From Alphaproteobacteria bacterium (GTDB lineage Bacteria; Pseudomonadota; Alphaproteobacteria; JAAXGF01), in contig CAUVXB020000001.1 of NCBI GenBank assembly GCA_963555825.3, positions 512,001 to 576,000 on the forward strand: a stretch of 64,000 nt of DNA, written 5' to 3'. The translations under genes and the position numbers were made by a program. Positions 9,646 through 19,558 of the stretch are shown here, piece after piece (position 1 is the first letter of the stretch; each line of letters starts with the position of its first letter). The notes under the pieces were generated by a model, which had not been told where the DNA came from, did no database searches, and saw only the letters and a program-made list of their open reading frames with translations.

Positions 9646-10488
9646 GTGCCGCTCGACGTCCGCCAATTGTCGCCGACGCTCGGCGCCGAGATCACCGGCG
9701 TCGACCTTGCCGGGCCGCTTTCCGACGACGACTTCGCGCGCATCCGGCAGGCGCATCTCGACCATTGCGTCGTGGTCTTCCCCGACCAGCATCTGACGCC
9801 CGTTGAGCACATCGCCTTCTCCCGGCGCTTCGGTGCGCTGCACATCCACATGCTCGAGCAGTATCTGATGGACGGCCACCCCGAGCTGCTGGTGCTGTCG
9901 AACGTCAAACGCGACGGCCGCGCGATCGGTATCGAGGACGCCGGGCGCTACTGGCATTCCGACGTGACCTACGAGGAAGTGCCGCCGCTCGGCTCGCTGC
10001 TCTACGGCGTCGAGGTGCCGCCCGCCGGCGGCGACACCTGGTTCGCCAACATGTACGCCGCCTAGGACGCGTTGGACGCAGCGATGAAGGCGCGCCTCGC
10101 GGGCCTGCGCGCCGTACACCGCTACAACATCGACCGCCAGCGCCGACAGCGAGGCGCAATCAAGATCACCGAGGAACAGGCGGCCAGGATCGACGAGGTC
10201 GCACACCCCGTCGTGCGCACCCATCCCGAGACCGGGCGCAAGGCGCTGTACGTCAACCCGGGTTTCACCATCGGCATCGACGGCATGGCCGAGTCAGAGA
10301 GCACCGCGTTGCTCACTCAACTGTTCGGCCACATGGACGATCCGGCGTTCCACTACCGCCACGTCTGGCGGCCGCGCGACCTGGTGTTCTGGGACAACCG
10401 CTGCGTCATGCACCGCGCGACTGACTACGACCCGGACCACACCCGCCACATGCTGCGCACCACCGTTGCGGGCGACCGGCCGTTCTAA
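9646..10488 (+). pseudogene. TauD/TfdA 2-oxoglutarate dioxygenase with an in-frame TAG at 10063-10065
   Basis: WHSD, GGDTWFANMYAA*DAL, HPVVRTHPETGRKALYVN and WDNRCVMHRA all lie in one frame. Confidence 0.85.
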
Positions 10489-10501
10489 GTTCGATCGGCA
10501 A

Positions 10502-10541
10502 TCAGGCACCACAAAACCGTCAACCTCATAATGGTGTCTGA
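10502..10541. repeat. short intergenic inverted repeat between convergent genes
   Basis: TCAGGCACCA ... TGGTGTCTGA. Confidence 0.4.
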
Positions 10542-10585
10542 CATCTTTCCGAGCTATTCCAAAAGGGACTGTTTCGAGGCACCAC

Positions 10586-13006
10586 TCAACCGCGCAGTCG
10601 AGCGCCCTCCGGGTCGAACGGCGCTTCGTTCAGCAGCCGCGCCCGGTGGGGCAGGCCGAGGATGGCGACATCGTATGCGCCGCCCGCCTCGATATGGTCG
10701 TTCGCAATGACGCCCAGCGCCAGCGACTTGCCGACGGTATGGCCATAGGCGCCCGAGGTCACCTGGCCGACCGGCGTGCCATCGGGCAAAAAGATCGGCT
10801 CGCCGCCAGAGGCGTCGGCGGTGGTCGCGTCGACATCCAGCATGACGAGCCGGTAACGCGGCGTCTCGTCCTTGATCGCGAAATAGGCGTCGCGGCCGAG
10901 AAACTCGGGCTTGTCGAGCTTGATCAGACGGTCGAGGCCGACCTCCTGCGGCCAGTACTCGGGCGAATATTCGCGGCCCCAGCTGCCATAGCCCTTCTCG
11001 ATGCGCAGGGAGAGCAGCGAGCGGCCGCCGACCGGGCGGACGCCGAGATCGGCGCCGGTCTCCAGCAGCGCGTCCAAGAGAGCGACCTGATCGGCTTCGT
11101 CGACATAGACCTCCCAGCCGAGATCGCCGGTGAACGACACCCGAACGGCGACCGCGTCGATACCCGCGACCGTCATGCGGCGCGCGCGCATGAAGCGGAA
11201 GCCGTCGTTCGTGAGGTCCTCGTTGGTCAGCCGTTGCAGCAATTCGCGCGATTTCGGCCCGGCGACGTTGAAGCCGGCGCAGGCGTCGGTCAGCGAGCGC
11301 ATCGTCACGCCGTCGGGTTTCTCGACCATGTTGAAGAAGCGCGCATGGTAGCGTTCGGCCATGCCCGAGCCGATCATCCTGAAGTCGTCTTCGCCGAGCT
11401 TGGAGATGGTGAAGTCGCCGGCGATGCCGCCGCGCACGCCCAACAGCGGCGTCAGGCAGGTCCGCCCGACCTCCTTGGGCACATGGTTGGCGACGACCCG
11501 GTCGAGCCAGTCGGCGGCGCCAGGCCCCACAACCTCGTATTTGGCGAAGTTCGAGACGTCGATGATGCCGACGCCGTCGCGCAGGGCGTGGCATTCGGCG
11601 GCCACCGCGTCGAACCAGCTCTGGCGCTCGAAGCCGTATGCGTCCTTCGGCTCGACACCCTCGCCGGCGAACCACAACGGGTGCTCCCAGCCGTAGTTGA
11701 GACCGAACACTGCGCCCAACGCCTTCTGGCGCGCGTACGCCGGCCGCATCCGGGTCGGGCGTCCGGCGTCGCGCTCCTCATAGGGGAAGTGGATCTTGAA
11801 GCGGTGCGAGTAGCAGTCCAGCGCGCGCGCCTTGGTGAAGCTCTTGGTCGCCCAATCGCCGTAGCGCGCCAGGTCCCAGGGAAACAGATCGAGCTCCGGC
11901 TCGCCCTCGACGACCCACTGGGCGAGCAGCAGGCCGAGCCCGCCGGACTGGGAAAACCCGGGAATGATTCCGTTGCAGCAAAAATAGTTCCTGAGCTCGG
12001 GCACCGGGCCGAACAGCGCGGAGGAGTCGGGCGACCAGATCATCGGGCCGTTGATGACCCGCTTGATGCCGGCATCGGCCAGCACGGGGACGCGCGCGCA
12101 GGCGCGTTCCACGTAGTCCGCGATGCGGTCGAGATCGTCGGGCAGCAGTTCGTGGCCGAAATCCATCGGCGTGCCGTCCTCGGCCCAGAACCGCCCGTCG
12201 CGCTCATAGGCGCCGACCAGCAGGCCGAGACCTTCCTGGCGCAAGTAGTATTCGCCGTCGCGATCGGCGAGCGACGGCAGGCGGCTGCCGTGCTCGGCGA
12301 TTTCGGGGATCGTCTCGGTGACGAAATACTGATGCTCCATGGTCATCAGCGGCAGCTCGAAGCCGGCCATCGCGGCGACCTCGCGCGCCCAAAGACCGGC
12401 CGCGTTGACGACCACCTCGGCGTGGATGGTTCCGGCGGGGGTCGCGACGTCCCAGCCGCCGTCCGCTCGCTGGGTCGTCGCCGTCACCGGTGTGAAGCGG
12501 TGAATTTCGGCGCCCATCGCGCGCGCGCCCTGGGCGTAGGCGTGGGTGACGCCCGAGGGATCGACATTGCCGCCGTCGGGCTCGAACATGATGCAGCGGG
12601 TGCCGTCGAAATCGACCAGCGGGTGAAGCGCTTCGGCTTCGCGGCGGCTCACCTCATGGAATTCGACGTCGAAGTACTTCGCCTTGGCGACCTGGAGGCG
12701 AAGCTGGTGCTCGCGATCCGGCGTCTGGGCCATGTACAACATGCCCGGCTGATAGATGCCGCAGCTTTGGCCGGTTTCGCGCTCCAGCTCGGCGTAGAGC
12801 TTCATCGTGTAGTACTGCAGCTTCGACAGGTTGTTGTTGTCGTTCAGCCCGTGGATGCCCGCCGCGGCGTGCCAGGTCGAACCCGACGTCAACTCGTCGC
12901 GTTCCAACAGAACGACATCCTTCCAGCCCAGCTTGGCGAGGTGGTAGAGGATGCTGCAGCCGACCAAACCGCCGCCGATGACGACCGCCTGCGCGTGGCT
13001 TTTCAT
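10586..13006 (-). CDS. FAD-dependent oxidoreductase/GcvT fusion (dimethylglycine/sarcosine dehydrogenase family)
   Basis: VIGGGLVG, LTSGSTWHAAA, RVSFTGDLGWE, LRIEKGY, PFDPEG; 806 aa. Confidence 0.92.
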   Translation of the reverse strand: MKSHAQAVVIGGGLVGCSILYHLAKLGWKDVVLLERDELTSGSTWHAAAGIHGLNDNNNLSKLQYYTMKLYAELERETGQSCGIYQPGMLYMAQTPDREHQLRLQVAKAKYFDVEFHEVSRREAEALHPLVDFDGTRCIMFEPDGGNVDPSGVTHAYAQGARAMGAEIHRFTPVTATTQRADGGWDVATPAGTIHAEVVVNAAGLWAREVAAMAGFELPLMTMEHQYFVTETIPEIAEHGSRLPSLADRDGEYYLRQEGLGLLVGAYERDGRFWAEDGTPMDFGHELLPDDLDRIADYVERACARVPVLADAGIKRVINGPMIWSPDSSALFGPVPELRNYFCCNGIIPGFSQSGGLGLLLAQWVVEGEPELDLFPWDLARYGDWATKSFTKARALDCYSHRFKIHFPYEERDAGRPTRMRPAYARQKALGAVFGLNYGWEHPLWFAGEGVEPKDAYGFERQSWFDAVAAECHALRDGVGIIDVSNFAKYEVVGPGAADWLDRVVANHVPKEVGRTCLTPLLGVRGGIAGDFTISKLGEDDFRMIGSGMAERYHARFFNMVEKPDGVTMRSLTDACAGFNVAGPKSRELLQRLTNEDLTNDGFRFMRARRMTVAGIDAVAVRVSFTGDLGWEVYVDEADQVALLDALLETGADLGVRPVGGRSLLSLRIEKGYGSWGREYSPEYWPQEVGLDRLIKLDKPEFLGRDAYFAIKDETPRYRLVMLDVDATTADASGGEPIFLPDGTPVGQVTSGAYGHTVGKSLALGVIANDHIEAGGAYDVAILGLPHRARLLNEAPFDPEGARLRG

Positions 13007-13128
13007 GTGGTTGATTTCCTGGCTCGCACCATCTCGAGGCCGAGCACCTCGCCCCAGAACCGCGACGTGGCGGCGAGATCGGGCGTGTAGAGAAAGATGA
13101 TCTGTTCGCTGATCGGCGGGTGGCTCAT
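13003..13128 (-). pseudogene. VOC/glyoxalase N-terminal fragment
   Basis: MSHPPISEQIIFLYTPDLAATSRFWGEVLGLEMV, stopping after 41 aa. Confidence 0.6.
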
Positions 13129-13219
13129 GGCGTGTGTCCTGGGTGACGGGGTATCGCTTCGGTGGCGCGACACTACAAGTCGGGCCCGAGACGGCGCAAG
13201 CGCCGGCGGGTGGCGGCGT

Positions 13220-13840
13220 TCAGCTCTCCTTGAGCTGTTCCTCCAGCTCCGCCACCGCGCCGTCGCGGCGGTGGTAGCCCATCTTCTCGACCATCTCCTT
13301 GGCCTTCGCCCAATGCTCGCGTGCCTTGGGCTGATCGCCCATCGCGACATACAGCCGCGCGTACTCCAAATGCTCGTCGGCTTGGTGCAGCCGCATCCCC
13401 CCGCGCTCGGCGATCAGCATAGCTTCATTGAGGTCCCACCGCGCCTGGTCGAAATCACCCCGCACCCGATGCAACGTCGCCCGCGTCAAGAGGCCACGGG
13501 GTAGCTCATGCTGTATGCCTGCCTGCGGGATGCCGACCACAGCCTCGTCCAAGTGCTCGGCAGCCTTCGAGAAATCGCCTATGCCTTGTTCCTGCGCCTC
13601 AGCTAAATGGGCGCGCCCCAGCGTCAGATGATCCAGCGCGATGTCTATGAGGCTGCCACCAAATTTTACTTCTAATTCCAGCGTCTGACTGGCTCGCTTT
13701 TGCACCTCTTGGTGCCTCCCCCGCTCCAGAAGCAGGTCGCAGTACTGAAAGCCTCGTAACGAATAGAGGAATCGAAACCTCGGCTGCAGCTCTTTTTGAA
13801 TCACCTCGGCCTCGCGAAAGAGTTCTTCGGCTTCGGCTGC
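13220..13840 (-). pseudogene. C-terminal TPR-like helical fragment of a large (probably NTPase-TPR) protein, 5' part lost at an IS end
   Basis: AEELFREAE...LYSLRGFQYCDLLL...IALDHLTLGRA...LPRGLLTRA...MGYHRRD; abuts the IS terminus. Confidence 0.65.
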
Positions 13841-15150
13841 ACGGAGCTATAACCGAATCTTGACGGGGCGGTAAAAAGTTGTTGGCCGATGGCGTGCTTG
13901 TACAGGTCTTTGCGGTTCGGTGAAGAATATTTGCCTGTCTCCGCGTTGCTGGTGGATAAAACCTGATATTACCTACCCTTGGCTTCTCCTTGGCTTCGTT
14001 TTTTATGGTGCGATTGCCGCGCAGCGTCGGATATTGAGGCCGAGGGCACGCAGATTGACCACGTAGCGCATGGCCGGCATGCCGCGAATGCGTAGGTGAG
14101 CCAGGTTCATCTGGTACTTTAATCGCGACATGGTCGCTTCTATGCCGGCCCGCCATCTGTAGACGTTGCGGAAGGCATCGCTTTGTTCATAAAGCCGGCG
14201 CTTTTGGTTGGCAGCCCTGGCCGGGGTATATTGAAAGCGGGAAAATTGGCCGTCACGCTTGGCCGCCTGCACGGGACATCGCAGTATATCGGGACATTTT
14301 TGGCAGATGGAGAGGTCGAAACGGGCCTGCAGCTTGGCTTTGGCGAGCGAGGCTGAAACCGGTTCGACGTTATTGGGACAGCGCAAGACCAAGCCTTCTT
14401 CGTTGAGAGTGAAATCCTCCAACGTCAACCGTCCCGAGACGGCGCCTTTCGGCGGTCGTGCGGGCGCCACGAGATTGATGTTCTGTTCGCGCGTCAGAGC
14501 CATGTTGTCACTGGAACCGTAATGTGAATCACCCAGCATCACCGCCGGCGTCAGCGCGCGCTCGCTCAGATCATCCAGCGCATCGGCTAAGCGATGGCCG
14601 TCATGCACCGTCATCTTGTGGACCTCCACGTGGGTGATGAGGTCCGGTGTCGCGGCAACCGCCTCGTTACTGACATCTTCACAATAGGTTTCGACGATCT
14701 GCGCCATGTATCCTTGACCCTTGTGCGCGTTGTAGCTCGCGTCCGGGTCGGCCGGATTGCCGACGGTATCGCACGGCACATCCTTTGGATCTCGAATCGC
14801 GGCGCGCGTTGCGTCACGATCGCCATACTCATCATCAACGATCTCGAACTGATCGCGCAGAACCCTCTCCAGGATCGCAAAACTGAAAAGCTTTGCCGCC
14901 GCCGTGTCACGGAATTGCAGCACCAGGGCTAGGAGATACTGACCCGCTTCGCCGAGGCGCCGTTTTGAAACACTCGGCGCCGTATTCGCGAACGCGCCAT
15001 TACCCTCGCGATCGACATAGCGGCGGATCACCTCCTTGCTGATCTGCTCGTGCAGACCGGGATGATATCGCTCAAGCTCACGGGCAAACTTCGAGATGCT
15101 CTCAACAACGATACCTGTATCGCACCCGGTTCCTTGGACACAAGTTTGTC

Positions 15151-16062
15151 TCATGCGGCGGGCCTGAGTGACATCGCGGTGTGCCACGCCTGACGAGCTT
15201 GAGCGGGGCTCAGGTAGCCGTTCTTCTCCACGATCCACTGGGCATTGTACTGTTCGACGAACCCGCGGACGGCGTTCCGCAGCTCCGCGATGTTGCGGTA
15301 GATGCGGCCATGGATGATCTGTTCCTTGAGCGTGCGATTGAACCTCTCGGCGACGCCGTTGGTCTGGGGCTGTTCGACGAAGGCGTAGGACGGCTGGATG
15401 CCCCAGAACTTGATCTGGTTGGTGAAGTGGTCCGACAGATACTGGGAGCCGTGATCCATCCGCAAGGCCAGCCCCCGCGCCGCACCGGCGGAGGTCGAGG
15501 CATACAGCCTCGCAAGCCCCATGGAGATCGGCTGAAGGGCGGCGAAGCGGTCGCCTCGCTTGCACACATGCCAGCCGACGCACTCGGCGTTCCAATGCTC
15601 GATGGCGGTGAATATCCAGCCCCAGCCGTCGTCCACCGTGAACACCCGAACGCCGTCCGTGCCCCACATGAGGTTGGGGGCATGGGTGATGATCTCACCG
15701 ACATGGGGATTTCCGCCACGGCGGCGGCAGCGATGGGGCGAGAGCAGGTTGTTCTCGCGCATCACCCGGAGCCCCCGCTTGCGGGAAACACGGATGCCAC
15801 GACAGACCCGAAGCCGAGCCCAGACCTTGCGGTGTCCCTCGCCCTCCCAGGGGGATGCCTCCAGGTCGGCCTCGATGGCCACCAGCAGAGCCTCGTCCGA
15901 GATCGAGGGCTTCGGTCCCCGGCGCTTTGCTGGTGGGCGCTCAGCGGTGGCCTGCTGCCGGGATTTCATGGCGTAGAACGAGGAACGGGCAAAACCCCAG
16001 GCCGCACAGACCCGCTGGAGGCCGTAGGCCAAACCCGTGCCGGGAGAGGTGGCGGCACTCAT
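15151..16062 (-). CDS. IS3-like OrfB (rve integrase core)
   Basis: GHRKVWARL, WGTDG, MDHGSQY, PQTNGVAERFNRTLKEQ. Confidence 0.9.
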   Translation of the reverse strand: MSAATSPGTGLAYGLQRVCAAWGFARSSFYAMKSRQQATAERPPAKRRGPKPSISDEALLVAIEADLEASPWEGEGHRKVWARLRVCRGIRVSRKRGLRVMRENNLLSPHRCRRRGGNPHVGEIITHAPNLMWGTDGVRVFTVDDGWGWIFTAIEHWNAECVGWHVCKRGDRFAALQPISMGLARLYASTSAGAARGLALRMDHGSQYLSDHFTNQIKFWGIQPSYAFVEQPQTNGVAERFNRTLKEQIIHGRIYRNIAELRNAVRGFVEQYNAQWIVEKNGYLSPAQARQAWHTAMSLRPAA

Positions 16063-16490
16063 CGCCGCGACCTCCGCCGCCCCAAAGGGCCGGACGTCTC
16101 CGTCTTGGCCTCCAGCAGTTCCACCTGCATGATCAACTCCCCGATCCGCTTCATGGCGATGTCCAGTTCCGCCTTCACCGGATCGCCCTTGCGTTCCTTG
16201 AGCGAGGCATCGATCCCGGCGATCGCCTTCTCACGCCACTGCTCGAGCCGGAAAATCTCCACGCCCAACTGCCGCGACAAAAGTTCCACCGGCTCGCCAC
16301 GCAAAAGCCGCAGGGCAACCTCACGCTTGCGCGTCACCGTCCACCGCTGGCCAAGTCCCAGCGGGCCTGCCGGCGAAACCTGGCCCGGGGAAAACGTGGA
16401 CGAGCCAAGCTCGCCCTCGTTTACCACAGGCCCATCAACAGCAACTTTGTTCTCAAAATTGTCGGTCATGTTCCGGTCCTCCTTGGACAC
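16059..16490 (-). CDS. IS3-like OrfA (HTH + coiled coil)
   Basis: RWTVTRKREVALRLLRGE...LSRQLGV; ATGA overlap with orfB. Confidence 0.85.
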   Translation of the reverse strand: MSKEDRNMTDNFENKVAVDGPVVNEGELGSSTFSPGQVSPAGPLGLGQRWTVTRKREVALRLLRGEPVELLSRQLGVEIFRLEQWREKAIAGIDASLKERKGDPVKAELDIAMKRIGELIMQVELLEAKTETSGPLGRRRSRR

Positions 16491-17341
16491 TTCGATTAAG
16501 CCAATTCTGTGTCCAAGGAAATCGGGTCCGACTCATCAACAACGATACCAAGTCGTGTCAGCGCCCGCATTGCCGAACGAAGGGCCGTCGAATCCATGCG
16601 TTGGTGGCTGGTATCGACAGAGAACCCCTGCACCAGCCGATCCGTCAAACACCGGAACAGCAATTCATCGAGACCTTGTTCGATAAACAGACGGCGATAG
16701 TTGCGCAGGGTTTTCTCACAGAAATAGCTGTCCGCTTCGCTGCGCACGTCCAAGGCATAGTGCCACGCCATATTGAAGGCCAGGGCCTCGACGGTCTCTG
16801 CATCGCTCAGATCGTGCAGCTGCTGCAAAAGCAAGACCCCGATGACAACGTGTAGATCCTTCGATGGTCGGCCCATGCGTTCATCAAGGTGACGGCAAAG
16901 ATCGTCAACCGGAAGTTCGACAAGCAGATGGTTCCGAAAAACCCCGGCCCAGGATTGCTCCATCAGGCGCCGACGTTTGTCCCCGAAATCGGACCAGCGA
17001 TCAAACAATTCCCCAGTCCGTCGGTCGCGTAAAGTAAACATGCACAATTATAATCCAGCCGACTCTCATGAGGAATCGACTTTTTACCGCCCCGTCAACT
17101 TTTGACAATAGCTCAGTCGCGGCATGAGGTACCCTGACCGCGGGGCGGCGCATCGCCGCGCTCAGCGGGGCGCGGGCAAGTGCGGTTGCTGGCAAGAAAC
17201 GCTAGCCGGGGTCGCGCGGCGTTCTTGGAAACCTGATGATCTCGGCGTCATGCGTGGCGGTCACCAACGGCGACGATTCCTCGGGCCCATCGTCATTCGA
17301 AAGCTCAGTCGCCTGCACAGCGGTCAGCGGAAGGACGTTAA

Positions 17342-18802
17342 CAGCCCGTTGATTAAGTGGCTTTTTCCGGCTCTCACTCCCAGATGAGGAATGCGGCGGC
17401 GAAAACCGTCTGGCCGCTTTGCGAGACCCCCAGTGCGACCAGCATGGCCCCGGTGGGCGTGAGCAGCACGAAAATACCGCCATATCCGCCCGCCACGGCC
17501 TCGCGCGGGGTGCCGGCGCCGATGAGTTGGCGCATCAGCAACGATAGGTTGTGGCCGGCGACGTGGAGCAGGTATCGCTTGTGCACGTTCTCGCGGCCCC
17601 GAAGCCAGGTCCGGCGCATGCCGCCGCGATCGAGGTTGTGGGCGAAGGAGCGCTCGACGATCTCGGCGCGCAGCTTGAAGGCTTGCTTGGCCACCCCCGA
17701 TAACAGCCGGGTCCGGTTGTTGGTGACCGCGCGCCGCGCCGCCTCGTCGCCGCGCCAGCGCGCGAAGCCCTTCTGCTTGGGCTCGGCGATCCGGGTCTTC
17801 CACGGGCCGTTGTCCAAGGCCTTCAAGACCGCCCGTGAGTGATAGCCTTTGTCGGTCACACATTCGGCCGGGTCCTCTGCCGTCGGCGCCGCGTCAACGC
17901 TCGCAAGGTTCTCCTTGGCCGTCTCCAACGTTTTGGGAAGCGTCGTCGTGTCGCCCTCGTCGGCCGGGTGCAGCTCGGCGGCCACCACCGCGCCGGTGTC
18001 CAGATCCACCGCGTGCTCGGGCTTGTAGGCCAGATGCGTCGTGCCGTCCTTCATCTTGGCGATCTTGGCCTCGGGGTCGCTCTTCGAAACCCAGTCCTCG
18101 TTGGAAAGCTTCTTGCCCTTGCGCTTGCGGTCCAGACGCGCCAGGTCCTCGGCCGTGGGCGTCTCGATGCCGCTCTCCCGGGCCAGGTGCTCCAGCATCT
18201 CCCGGTAGCCTTCACCCGTGTCGCGCCGCACGATGTTGCGCAGCGCCGCGTTGGCCTCCATGGTCGAGGCATCCACCCCGATGCGCTCGCCCTTCACCAG
18301 ACCCGCCTCGCCGATCAAGGCCAGAACCCAGTCGAAGACCGCCGCGTGGACTTCATGGGGCAGGCGCGCGCGGGTCTTCGACAGCCAGGAATGGTCCGGC
18401 ACCCGCTCACGGCTCCCCAGTCGCAGGAACTCCCGCAGCGACAGGGAATCCGAGCAACGCCACTCCAGACCGCGCTCTGAGTCGATGCCCTCGAAGTAGC
18501 CCACCAGGTGCATGCGGAAATAGCGCCCGGGCGGCACCGAGGGCGCGCCCATCCTGGCCGCGTAATAGGGCCGGCAGCTCGCCTCGGCAAAGGCGTCGAA
18601 GCCGCCCTCGATCAGCACCGACTGCAGGCGGTCGTAAAACACATGACCCGGCGAGCGCGGCATCTCCGCCCAGCCCACCATCAAGTCCCCCTGACGATCC
18701 TTCTGCTGTCCCATCGCCATCGGCGAATCCTCCGGTCAAATCAGAACATCAAAGAATCAGACCAGGCCGCTTGCGTCCAGTGCCGACTTCGTCAACGGGC
18801 TG
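17342..18802 (-). mobile_element. IS1182/IS5-like element, complete, TTAA target duplication
   Basis: Inverted repeat CAGCCCGTTGA..AAGT; TTAA at 17338-17341 and 18803-18806. Confidence 0.9.
17374..18720 (-). CDS. DDE transposase, 448 aa
   Basis: PDHSWLSKTR, GVDASTMEANA, TDKGYHS, RAEIVERSFAH. Confidence 0.92.
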   Translation of the reverse strand: MAMGQQKDRQGDLMVGWAEMPRSPGHVFYDRLQSVLIEGGFDAFAEASCRPYYAARMGAPSVPPGRYFRMHLVGYFEGIDSERGLEWRCSDSLSLREFLRLGSRERVPDHSWLSKTRARLPHEVHAAVFDWVLALIGEAGLVKGERIGVDASTMEANAALRNIVRRDTGEGYREMLEHLARESGIETPTAEDLARLDRKRKGKKLSNEDWVSKSDPEAKIAKMKDGTTHLAYKPEHAVDLDTGAVVAAELHPADEGDTTTLPKTLETAKENLASVDAAPTAEDPAECVTDKGYHSRAVLKALDNGPWKTRIAEPKQKGFARWRGDEAARRAVTNNRTRLLSGVAKQAFKLRAEIVERSFAHNLDRGGMRRTWLRGRENVHKRYLLHVAGHNLSLLMRQLIGAGTPREAVAGGYGGIFVLLTPTGAMLVALGVSQSGQTVFAAAFLIWE

Positions 18803-19007
18803 TTAAGGTTGCCTCTGCGCTTGAGCCGCCAAAGTCTGGATTCGGGGGCTTAGCAGACCGTGACAATAATCTTCAATGGGTAGTCTCGGCACTGATCATT
18901 GGCACACGCGATGCTCACCGGCCCGACATTGCTGCCAAATCAGCGAAGTTCGGTACAGGTTGATACGAGCCGGGGATTTGAACCTGCGGCAATTCCCTGA
19001 TACGTCG

Positions 19008-19164
19008 AATAAATACCCTGTTCTGCCTTTTGAATTCCCTGTTCCAATGTTTAGGGAATTTGCCGGTAACTGGCTGACAACATGCGGTAATCCGAAGCGT
19101 ACCGGCAAGCGTTCCCTGTTATTTTGCGAAATTTCCCTGTAAATCGGGGGTTATCAGGGAATTT
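19008..19164. repeat. cluster of (A/T)TTCCCTG / AGGGAATTT motifs in both orientations
   Basis: ATACCCTGTT (~19015), AATTCCCTGTT (~19033), AGGGAATTT (~19053), TTCCCTGTT (~19112), ATTTCCCTGT (~19131), CAGGGAATTT (~19155). Confidence 0.7.
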
Positions 19165-19169
19165 GGCCA

Positions 19170-19203
19170 GAGACGGGTTCGCTCTAGACTGCGTCCACCG
19201 CCA
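19170..19203 (+). repeat. att-like, tRNA-3'-end-like motif, copy 1
   Basis: GAGACGGGTTCGCTCTAGACTGCGTCCACCGCCA. Confidence 0.65.
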
Positions 19204-19292
19204 TCCGTCTCCGCCAACGCTTCGGCGGGATGTATCCGCGGTCCTAGATCGGAGGCGGATGTCACGCCGTAGCTTTAGCGAAGGCGGACCAA

Positions 19293-19532
19293 ATGCACTA
19301 CGTCTACATTCTCGAAAGCATTGCCGACCCTGGCCGCTATAACGGTGACTCGACAACCGATCTCGACCGACACATCGAGGAGCACAATTCCGGAAAGTCC
19401 AGCCATACCGCCAAACTCGCGCCCCGGACACTTGCCACATACGTCGCTCTTTCAGATCGAGCCGAGGCGTTTCGCTTCGAACGGCACCTCGAATCGGGTT
19501 CTGACCGGGCCTTCGCGAAGAGACACTTTTGA
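19293..19532 (+). CDS. small GIY-YIG nuclease family protein
   Basis: MHYVYILES...YNGDSTTDLDRHIEEHNSG...HT...FERHLESGSDRAFAKRHF; possibly degenerate. Confidence 0.85.
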   Translation: MHYVYILESIADPGRYNGDSTTDLDRHIEEHNSGKSSHTAKLAPRTLATYVALSDRAEAFRFERHLESGSDRAFAKRHF

Positions 19533-19558
19533 ACCCGTCGCATTCGGTTGCGTGTGCA

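Larger units (their letters stand above)
15116..16535 (-). mobile_element. IS3-like element copy A (1420 bp) with 14-bp target duplication
   Basis: TG...CA ends with imperfect inverted repeats sharing TTCCTTGGACACA; flanked by TCAACAACGATACC at 15102-15115 and 16536-16549. Confidence 0.92.
14003..17047 (-). pseudogene. DDE transposase split into 16536..17047 and 14003..15115
   Basis: N part (GRPSKDL...QRMDST...RLGIVV) joins C part (GIVVESISKF...GDSHYGS...YRWRAGIEATMSRLK) across the duplicated target. Confidence 0.85.
13860..17098 (-). mobile_element. IS1182/IS5-like element interrupted by an IS3-like element
   Basis: Inverted repeat TTGACGGGGCGGTAAAAAGT at both ends. Weaker similarity (ACnGAGCTAT) extends about 20 bp further out. 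Confidence 0.8.

Noticed and set aside
10646-13090. Long antisense/shadow ORFs (814 aa here; also 33929..35761, 15181..16686, 49288..50634, 58149..59798 and others)
   Set aside because: They overlap genes with clear family motifs and are expected in high-GC DNA; no independent motifs.
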